Shown here: positions 31,555 through 38,582 of the stretch, piece after piece | How positions within the stretch are numbered: position 1 is the first letter of the stretch | Layout of the letters: each line of letters opens with the position of its first letter | NCBI GenBank assembly: GCA_965195285.1 | Contig: CBDAFS010000012.1 | Coordinates: 32,001-96,000, forward strand | Length of the DNA: 64,000 nt | Reading direction: 5' to 3' | Origin: an uncultured Aminicenantes bacterium | GTDB taxonomy: Bacteria; Acidobacteriota; Aminicenantia; UBA2199 | Program-made: the position numbers and the translations under genes | Notes under the pieces: model-generated | The model's database searches: none | What the model was told of the DNA's origin: nothing | Seen by the model: the letters and a program-made list of their open reading frames with translations, nothing else

Positions 31555-32886
31555 ATGGAAGTAAAGAACAACGTCAGGCTGTTGATCCTATTGCTGGTTC
31601 TGGGAGTGTCGATGTGCCTGTTGATCGCCCCGGGATGCCGGCCGGACCGCTCCGTCCTGCCCAATGTGGTGGTCATTGTCATTGATACCCTGAGGGCAGA
31701 TCATCTTCCCTTCTATGGTTATCCCAAAAACACGGCCCCTTTTTTGGCTAAACTGGCCTCTCAGGGTGTTCTCTTTGAAAAAGCCTATGCGACTTCTTCC
31801 CTGACCGCCCCTTCCACCGCTTCGTTGTTTACTTCTTTTTATCCGTTTCAACACGGTGTGGTCCTGAATATTGGCGGAACCATCAAACTTCGGAAAATGG
31901 CACCCAAACTGAAGGTGAAATTAAACAAAATACCTCCGGAGATCACCACTCTGGGAGAAATATTCAAACAGGCCGGGTACAGCACATACGGGGTTTCGGA
32001 TAATATCAACATCGGTGACAAAGAAGCGTTTGATCAGGGATTTGATAAGTTTTCAACCTTTACCTACCGCGGTGCGCCGGCCATCAACCAGCAGGTAAAG
32101 GAATGGGCCGATGAAATTAAAAGCCGGGAACGGTATTTCCTGTACTTGCATTACATGGATCCCCATCAACCCTTTTTTGAACGGAAACCCTGGTATCAAA
32201 AGCAGGATGATCCTCGTGATAACCAGGTGGCCATGTATGACAGTGAAATTAATTATGCGGATCAACATATCCGGGAACTCCATGAGTTGTTTAACTGGTC
32301 GGAGAATACCCTGATTGTGGTGACCTCTGATCACGGTGAAGAGCTCTGGGATCATGGCCTGAAAGGACACGGTTATTCCCTGTTCCGGGAAGTCATTCAT
32401 GTCCCCCTGATGTTTTATTATCCCGGTGGTCAATTCAGTGCCGGAACCATAAAAGAGAATGTCAGCCTTATCGATGTGCTGCCCACCCTGAACGAATTTC
32501 TGGGATTGCCTCCGGACAAGGAGCATGAGGGAATCAGTCTGTTGCCCCGGATTATCGGGAGTGAACTGCAGTTACCCCAGCGGTTTTTATTTGCCCATCT
32601 GGTGGATCACAGTTTTTCAGAAAAAATGGCAGAGACCGAATCCACTCTCTATGAAAACTGGCATTTTATCAAGAATTTTTCCGGTTCCTGGTATTTATAC
32701 AATCTGAAACTCGATCCCGGTGAAAAATACAACCAGCAGGTCGGAGATCACGGAATTGCCCGCCGGCTTTTTGCCCGCTACCGTGGATTCAAAAAAAAGT
32801 GCCGGATTTTCAAACATGATAGTACCTCTTTTTATCTGGATGAAAAACAGATTGAGAAATTGAAAACACTGGGTTATGTGAAGTAG
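31555..32886 (+). CDS. Sulfatase-like lipoprotein (Thr at nucleophile position), paralog of 10785-12107
   Basis: Signal ending APGC; PNVVVIVIDTLRADH, LTAPSTAS, YLHYMDPH, SDHGEE; C-terminal LKTLGY. Confidence 0.88.
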   Translation: MEVKNNVRLLILLLVLGVSMCLLIAPGCRPDRSVLPNVVVIVIDTLRADHLPFYGYPKNTAPFLAKLASQGVLFEKAYATSSLTAPSTASLFTSFYPFQHGVVLNIGGTIKLRKMAPKLKVKLNKIPPEITTLGEIFKQAGYSTYGVSDNINIGDKEAFDQGFDKFSTFTYRGAPAINQQVKEWADEIKSRERYFLYLHYMDPHQPFFERKPWYQKQDDPRDNQVAMYDSEINYADQHIRELHELFNWSENTLIVVTSDHGEELWDHGLKGHGYSLFREVIHVPLMFYYPGGQFSAGTIKENVSLIDVLPTLNEFLGLPPDKEHEGISLLPRIIGSELQLPQRFLFAHLVDHSFSEKMAETESTLYENWHFIKNFSGSWYLYNLKLDPGEKYNQQVGDHGIARRLFARYRGFKKKCRIFKHDSTSFYLDEKQIEKLKTLGYVK

Positions 32887-32914
32887 TTTAAATTGGCATT
32901 AATGGGGTTCAAGG

Positions 32915-32943
32915 TTGACTTTTGGGTTCCACTTAAGTATAAT
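32915..32943 (+). promoter_or_regulatory. sigma70-type promoter
   Basis: TTGACT-17-TATAAT; AAGGAG RBS before ATG 32977. Confidence 0.75.
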
Positions 32944-32976
32944 TCCATATCTTTTAAAGGAAAAAAGGAGTTGTTG

Positions 32977-34956
32977 ATGAGAAAAATCAATTTATCTGTA
33001 CTCATTATTTCAATGATCATGGTTGTTGGGATGAATGCATATGCTCAGACTGATGATACTTCGAAAAAGGGGTGTCCGGAGTATATTGATTATTTAAAGG
33101 CAAACAAAGAAATCATAAACTATAACACTTATGGCTTAATTGAAGGCATTGAAGAAGTCGTGCTCAAAATTTATTCCCATAAGGAGTCACAGGATCAACT
33201 TTTAGGGAGCCTGCAGGATTTTTTATATACCCGCTATGAAGTCAAGGAATTTTCCGAAGATCAAATCGTCATTTCCATTTATTTCCCGGTTTCCCGGAAA
33301 ACTGAGACGAAAGCTATTGTTGCCCCGGTAACCGCAAAGGAAATGAAGCCGGAAAAGACACCGGAAACCCGGGAACCTGAGGCCGTGATAGTGATTCTGC
33401 CCCAGCCGGAACCGGAGAAAGAGGACTGCCCCGGCAGGGTGAAAGTCCAGGTCAGGAAGATCGGATATCAGGTTTTCAAGGAGTATAAATATTTTGAGGA
33501 AAGTTTATCATTTGACAGGGATGTTGAATTGAGAACCCAGCTGACCGCCAGTGTTAAAGAGGTGGCGGTTGCTGACGGTGACCGGGTACAGGAGGGCCAG
33601 ATTCTGGTTCGGCTTGATTCCGGTGTGATCGAAAAAGAGATCAAAAGCGTGGAAGAGTTAATAAAAAACTGGAAGACTATTTTATTCAAACGTCAAAACT
33701 GGAAGGTCCGAAGCCCGAGAGCTGAAAAGCAGGCCCAGGAAAAAATCCAGGAGAGTGAAATCCTGCTGGCTCAGAAAATGGAAGACCTGTCCAAAACCCA
33801 GATCAAAGCACCCTTTGACGGCAAGGTGATTTATATAATTCCAGAGGGTGAACCCCTGGAAATCGGTGCCACGGTACTGAGGATGGTGTCCGATAAATTG
33901 ATGAAAGTATCGGTTCCGGTTGTTGATTCAGGATTGTTTTCCCAGGGAATGGATGTCCGGATTTCCTCGACCGAAGTGGAAGGTGAATTCCCGGGAAGGG
34001 TCAGCAAAACCGAGACCGAAACCAAAATAGTATTGAGGAATGAGGATTTGAAATTGTCAGAGGGCATGAAGGTCAATTTCCGGGTTCTGTACAGGGAATA
34101 TGATCAGGCCATGGTGATTCCGGAAAAAGAGGTCTTGAAAGATGATTCCGGTTATTATGTTTTTGTGGTGGATGCCAAACGGGCTGCCCTGCGCAGGCTC
34201 AACGTCGGCGTCATTGAATCCGGAATGGTACATGTGCTTTCCGGGATCAATATCGGTGAGGAAGTGATTGCCACCGGTTTGAATTGCCTTCAGGATCGAA
34301 AGAAAATCAAGGTGATGATCTGGGATGCCGTGCTAGGGAAATTGAGGCCAAGAAAAAAGAAAGAAATCATTGAAGCCCCGGTTATTCAGCCGGAAGAGAT
34401 TGAAATTCCGGTTGAACGGGTCATTAAAAAGAAAAATTATTGGCGGGTTGGCGGCGGACTGGGAGCCTGTATCGGAACCGGCAGTGTGTTCTCTGATGTC
34501 TATGGTAGTTTTGTTCCGGCCGGTTTTATTACCGCTTCCTTCACCATTAACGAGAAGGTTGAAATCTTCTTTTCTACTTCCTATATCACTGCCAGCGGTA
34601 AGGCCACGGAACTGGATGACAAGGTCACTCTGACCATGATCCCGATTTATATCGGAGCAAAAATCCATTTGAACAAGATAAAAAAGTTTACTCCCTTTGT
34701 CGGTGCGGCAATGTCCAGGTACAATACCAAGGAATCATTTCCGGCAGGGAATGAATATCATGAGACCACCAGTTACCGTTCCAATTTTGGAGGTTCGGGT
34801 TTTGTAGGGACCTATTTTCCGATCGGTAAAAAGCTCGATTTGACCGTGACCCTGAAATATGATTTCAGCCAGGTTGCCATGGAAGAAGGCGAGGAAAAGG
34901 TTGATCTTTCCGGCTTCAGGCTGTTGATCGGCGTTACCTATATCCTGGGCCGCTGA
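32977..34956 (+). CDS. Fusion: N-terminal domain, complete RND periplasmic adaptor (MFP) and C-terminal outer-membrane beta-barrel
   Basis: Signal peptide ending AYA; V.DGDRVQEGQILVRLD, IKAPFDGKV, LSEGM, IP...V....G.YVFVV, GI..GEEV membrane-proximal domain; about 8-strand barrel (IPIYIGAK, PFVGA, GFRLLIGVTY). Confidence 0.8.
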   Translation: MRKINLSVLIISMIMVVGMNAYAQTDDTSKKGCPEYIDYLKANKEIINYNTYGLIEGIEEVVLKIYSHKESQDQLLGSLQDFLYTRYEVKEFSEDQIVISIYFPVSRKTETKAIVAPVTAKEMKPEKTPETREPEAVIVILPQPEPEKEDCPGRVKVQVRKIGYQVFKEYKYFEESLSFDRDVELRTQLTASVKEVAVADGDRVQEGQILVRLDSGVIEKEIKSVEELIKNWKTILFKRQNWKVRSPRAEKQAQEKIQESEILLAQKMEDLSKTQIKAPFDGKVIYIIPEGEPLEIGATVLRMVSDKLMKVSVPVVDSGLFSQGMDVRISSTEVEGEFPGRVSKTETETKIVLRNEDLKLSEGMKVNFRVLYREYDQAMVIPEKEVLKDDSGYYVFVVDAKRAALRRLNVGVIESGMVHVLSGINIGEEVIATGLNCLQDRKKIKVMIWDAVLGKLRPRKKKEIIEAPVIQPEEIEIPVERVIKKKNYWRVGGGLGACIGTGSVFSDVYGSFVPAGFITASFTINEKVEIFFSTSYITASGKATELDDKVTLTMIPIYIGAKIHLNKIKKFTPFVGAAMSRYNTKESFPAGNEYHETTSYRSNFGGSGFVGTYFPIGKKLDLTVTLKYDFSQVAMEEGEEKVDLSGFRLLIGVTYILGR

Positions 34957-34964
34957 AATCCCGA
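34947..34964 (+). repeat. Direct repeat, left copy (GGGCCGCTGAAATCCCGA)
   Basis: 17/18 identical to 36753-36770; includes the stop codon of the upstream gene. Confidence 0.85.
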
Positions 34965-35051
34965 TTTATAATAATTTCCAAACTTACAAGTACCAATCTT
35001 CATTTCTTATGTAAGAATTTAAGAATTTGATGGTTCTGGGACAGTCTCGTA

Positions 35052-35070
35052 GACTTCTCTGACAGAAGTC
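35052..35070. terminator. Hairpin downstream of tsaA (possible terminator or REP-like element)
   Basis: GACTTCT-ctgac-AGAAGTC, 7-bp stem; no clear U-tract. Confidence 0.35.
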
Positions 35071-35077
35071 GCACAAA

Positions 35078-35563
35078 TCATTTTATGAATCTCTCATCAT
35101 CTTTTGTTTTTGAAAGTTTATATATATTTTTCTCAAGCCATCCTATTTTCTCTACTTTTCTTATGTCGAATTCAGGTATATACGGTTTTATATCCAGAAG
35201 AGGGGTTCCATCTACAATATCTACCTCTTGAATATGTAGTATATTATCTTCAATCCTGATAAGACGAACTACAGAGATACCGACCGGATTTGGTCTACTC
35301 GGACCTCGTATTGCAAAAACTCCGTGTACTTCGCTATCCATATATGGTTTTACTTTTAAGGGCATCTCCTTGGATAAATGAAAGTGATATATCAAAATAA
35401 TGTGAGAAAAGCCTTCCAAATCTTTTAAACCCTCGACATATTTTGGAAATAGCTCAACTGTTCCATCAATATTTTTAGCACCTGCAGGTTGTATAGGTGT
35501 TCCTTTAGGTTCTTTAAATTGAGAATGAACAACTCCGATTGGCTTGTACTTTATCTCATTCAT
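35078..35563 (-). CDS. tsaA: tRNA m6t6A37 methyltransferase TrmO/TsaA (YaeB) family
   Basis: PIGVVHS, GLKDLEGFSH, GVFA.R.P.RPNP.G.S.V.L, D.VDGTPLLDIKPY. Confidence 0.9.
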   Translation of the reverse strand: MNEIKYKPIGVVHSQFKEPKGTPIQPAGAKNIDGTVELFPKYVEGLKDLEGFSHIILIYHFHLSKEMPLKVKPYMDSEVHGVFAIRGPSRPNPVGISVVRLIRIEDNILHIQEVDIVDGTPLLDIKPYIPEFDIRKVEKIGWLEKNIYKLSKTKDDERFIK

Positions 35564-35753
35564 AATTTTATCTTTTTATATATGCAATTTTCGATAACGA
35601 CCGTATATATTCATTGTTCTTACACCGCCAATTGGTGGTATATAAACAATTGTTTATATTTTTCAACTACAGTTGTACCACATCTATCTAAAAATATCAT
35701 CTACAGGATTCCTTGTTTATTTATAGTATTTATAGGGACGTTGCTTGGAAAAG

Positions 35754-35770
35754 GGGGACGTTGCTTGACA
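35754..35770 (+). repeat. Inverted repeat, left end (GGGGACGTTGCTTGACA); partial extra copy at 35735-35747
   Basis: Perfect reverse complement of 36726-36742. Confidence 0.9.
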
Positions 35771-35798
35771 TCGTGACATTTATTTGATATTTTTTTTC

Positions 35799-36716
35799 AT
35801 GCGTCACCCTAGAATTACTTACAAAGATGCCTTTCACCATGTTATGAATAGGGGAATTAATGGTGAGAAGATATTTGAATCTTCAAAAGATAAAAAATAT
35901 TTTCTTGAATTGGTTTTAGAGAAATCAAAGATTTTAAAAATCAGGATTCTTGCTTGTTGTATTTTAGATAATCACTTTCATCTAATAATTCAAAATTGTT
36001 CAGGTAAGATGAGTGAATTCTTGAAAAGGATAAATAGCCAATATGGATATTATTATAGGAAGAATGTAGGAGGGCATGGATATGTATTTCATGGGAGATA
36101 TAAATCAACATTAATTCAGGAAGACGAATATTTAAAAATGTCACTTTTATATTTATTTCTCAATCCTGTTCGTTCTGGCATCGTATCAAATCCATTTGAA
36201 TACAACTGGTCAAGTATTCAAGAATTGTATTTAGCGAGACGAACCAGAAAACTAACGGATTATAAATTCATAGAGGGATTATTTGGAGACCGAGTGAATT
36301 TAGTGGATAGCTTGAATATTTGGATGAATAAAGAGTTACCAATAGAACAAAATCGTTTTGGAAATTTTTTGGGTGACAATAAATTCCTGCCCAAATCACT
36401 TAATCTATATAATAGAAGGAGAAAAAAAGGAATAAGTCGTAGGATGAGAATTTTTGATCAATATTTTAAAGGAGCCACTCAAATCATATCAGAATTTGAG
36501 AATGAAAAAGGAGTTACGTTGGACAAAGTTGATTTTGTTAGTATAGAAGGTAAGGGATTGAGGGGAGAATTATTGGTGCGATTAAAGGATGAAGGTGGCT
36601 TGAAATATACAGAAATTATTAACTATCCATGGTTTGAATCCTTGAAGTATAATTCTTTAGGTCAGGTCTATAAAAGAACAAAAGTGAAACTAAATAACAA
36701 GGTGAAAATAAAATAA
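35799..36716 (+). CDS. REP-associated tyrosine transposase (RAYT/Y1_Tnp, IS200-like HUH) with C-terminal extension
   Basis: HHVMNRG...IF, NHFHL (HUH), GHG.VF.GRYKS, Y...NPVR.G.V..P..Y.WSS. Confidence 0.9.
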   Translation: MRHPRITYKDAFHHVMNRGINGEKIFESSKDKKYFLELVLEKSKILKIRILACCILDNHFHLIIQNCSGKMSEFLKRINSQYGYYYRKNVGGHGYVFHGRYKSTLIQEDEYLKMSLLYLFLNPVRSGIVSNPFEYNWSSIQELYLARRTRKLTDYKFIEGLFGDRVNLVDSLNIWMNKELPIEQNRFGNFLGDNKFLPKSLNLYNRRRKKGISRRMRIFDQYFKGATQIISEFENEKGVTLDKVDFVSIEGKGLRGELLVRLKDEGGLKYTEIINYPWFESLKYNSLGQVYKRTKVKLNNKVKIK

Positions 36717-36725
36717 CCGTCATAC

Positions 36726-36742
36726 TGTCAAGCAACGTCCCC
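36726..36742 (-). repeat. Inverted repeat, right end (TGTCAAGCAACGTCCCC)
   Basis: 9 nt after the transposase stop; matches the left end exactly. Confidence 0.9.
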
Positions 36743-36752
36743 ATCTTCATTA

Positions 36753-36770
36753 GGGCCGCTGAGATCCCGA
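36753..36770 (+). repeat. Direct repeat, right copy (GGGCCGCTGAGATCCCGA)
   Basis: 17/18 identical to 34947-34964. Confidence 0.85.
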
Positions 36771-36898
36771 ATCGTTTCCCAAAAGGTAGATTTCTGCTTG
36801 TTGGTATAGGAAATAATTTTATTAAGAAAAAAAGAAAAATTCTATTGACATTCTTTTTTTAATATACTATTTATATGGTAGAAACAAAGGAGCTAATA

Positions 36899-37138
36899 AT
36901 GAGTGATATCAAAAAAAAGGATGATACCAAGATCGAAAGCCGCCGTGAATTTATGAAGAAGATTTCCAAATGGTCAAAGGTGGCATTGGCAACGGCAGTT
37001 GGAATTACTACATTCGGTTCCTTAGCCTGTCCTCGTTATAGTGATTATTACGAGTCGGCCGGGTATTGTGATTGGTATGGTCAGGATTATTATACCTACA
37101 GTTCCTACTGTAACTACACCAATTACGGAGATTATTAA
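36899..37138 (+). CDS. Small Tyr-rich peptide with twin-arginine leader and lipobox-like Cys; RiPP-precursor-like
   Basis: AAGGAG RBS at 36887-36892; SRREFMKK, hydrophobic stretch, SLAC, then a 36-aa core with 12 Tyr. Confidence 0.75.
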   Translation: MSDIKKKDDTKIESRREFMKKISKWSKVALATAVGITTFGSLACPRYSDYYESAGYCDWYGQDYYTYSSYCNYTNYGDY

Positions 37139-37272
37139 ACCCTTCATTATTAACGTTATTTTTAACTCCCGGTTTTTTCACTTATTAAATCAGTTTTATC
37201 CCTTATATTTTCGTTAGAGAAATTTTCCCCGAAGTATTATCTACATAAAGATTGGATCGAACGTCCCGGAAT

Positions 37273-37809
37273 TCAGACCAGGTCCATACCCATTTCAATG
37301 GCCCGTTCATTGAGGGGAATTAAATGATGATGGCGCTTGGGCAGTGTATCCTTCAAGGCTATCAAAAGGGATTCTTTCTTGACCACATTTTTTAATTTAA
37401 CCAGGCTGCCCAGCAGAAGCATGTTCATGACTTTTACATTTTTCAGTTCATTGGTTGCCTTCTCAACCGCGGGCAGAGCAATAACGGTGATATCGGTTCG
37501 GACCGGGGCTTCTTTGATATGGGTGCTTTCCCAGATCATCATACCACCCTTCTTGACCCGGGGTTCGAATTTTTTCAGAGAGGGCTGATTGAGCACAACG
37601 GCAATGTCATATTCGCTGACAATAGGAGATGAGATGGGCTCGTCGCTGATATTGACCATGCAATTGGCCGTCCCTCCCCGCATTTCCGGGCCATAGGAAG
37701 GCATCCAGCTAACTTCCTTGCCTTCTTTCATGGCTGCATAGGCCAGCAGGGTTCCCATTGAAAGCACTCCCTGGCCTCCGAATCCGGCAAAAATCATTTC
37801 CTGTAGCAT
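37273..37809 (-). CDS. 2-oxoacid:ferredoxin oxidoreductase gamma subunit
   Basis: FAGFGGQG, SYGPEMRGG; start MLQEM overlaps the beta-subunit stop. Confidence 0.92.
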   Translation of the reverse strand: MLQEMIFAGFGGQGVLSMGTLLAYAAMKEGKEVSWMPSYGPEMRGGTANCMVNISDEPISSPIVSEYDIAVVLNQPSLKKFEPRVKKGGMMIWESTHIKEAPVRTDITVIALPAVEKATNELKNVKVMNMLLLGSLVKLKNVVKKESLLIALKDTLPKRHHHLIPLNERAIEMGMDLV

Positions 37810-38573
37810 TATTCCATCTCCTCCTTGGGCGGTTCTTTGAATACACCGAGAGGAAAATAGGGGAATACTTTTTCTTTCAGCCATTCCAGGGATTCTTCCG
37901 GTGTACATTTCCAGTTGGACGGGCAATTTGAAGCCACCTCTACGAATGTGGTGCCTACTCCCTTCATTTGGATTTTAAAGGCCTTTTCGATTGCCTTTCG
38001 GGCTTTTCGGGTGTGGGCCGGGGTATCGCAACTGACCCGTTCTGAATAGACCACGCCATCGAACCGGGATACCAGTTCAGCCATTTTCATGGGCATTCCG
38101 GTCTTGGACATTTCCCGGCCATAGGGGGTAGTGGTGGTTTTCTGTCCGTCCAGGGTTGTCGGGGCCATCTGGCCTCCGGTCATGCCGTAAATACCGTTAT
38201 TGATAAAGATAAAGGTGAAGTTTTCTCCCCGGTTACAGGCGTGAATGGTTTCGGCGATGCCGATGGCGGCCAGGTCACCGTCACCCTGATATGAAAAAAC
38301 GATTTTATCGGGCAGCATGCGTTTGATACCAGTGGCTACGGCTGCAGCCCTTCCATGGGCGGCTTCCTGCATATCAATATCCATGTAGTCATAGGCAAAC
38401 ACCGAACATCCGACCGGGCAGACCCCGATGATTTTGTCCTGAATGTCCAAATCTTCAACAATTTCCATTAAAATCTTATGGATGGTGGAATGAAAACAAC
38501 CCGGACAGTAGTGCATGCGTTTGGGGAGGAGGGTAGCGGGTTTTTTATATATTTGTTCGTATCCTGGTTTCAT
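37809..38573 (-). CDS. 2-oxoacid:ferredoxin oxidoreductase beta subunit (TPP-binding)
   Basis: YCPGC, VGCS, HGRA, GDGD, NN.IYGMTGGQ. Confidence 0.93.
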   Translation of the reverse strand: MKPGYEQIYKKPATLLPKRMHYCPGCFHSTIHKILMEIVEDLDIQDKIIGVCPVGCSVFAYDYMDIDMQEAAHGRAAAVATGIKRMLPDKIVFSYQGDGDLAAIGIAETIHACNRGENFTFIFINNGIYGMTGGQMAPTTLDGQKTTTTPYGREMSKTGMPMKMAELVSRFDGVVYSERVSCDTPAHTRKARKAIEKAFKIQMKGVGTTFVEVASNCPSNWKCTPEESLEWLKEKVFPYFPLGVFKEPPKEEME

Positions 38574-38582
38574 GGTTGTCTC

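Larger units (their letters stand above)
34947..36770. mobile_element. AT-rich inserted island (tsaA plus RAYT-type transposase) bounded by 18-bp direct repeats
   Basis: Abrupt GC drop, flanking direct repeats, HUH transposase. Confidence 0.75.

Noticed and set aside
35590-35680. Integron attC site upstream of tsaA (AAC...GTT ends)
   Set aside because: L boxes are not complementary, there is no matching site after tsaA and no integrase; kept only as a palindrome cluster.
35489-35776. 95-aa plus-strand ORF
   Set aside because: Overlaps the tsaA start and the repeat region, has no RBS or motifs.
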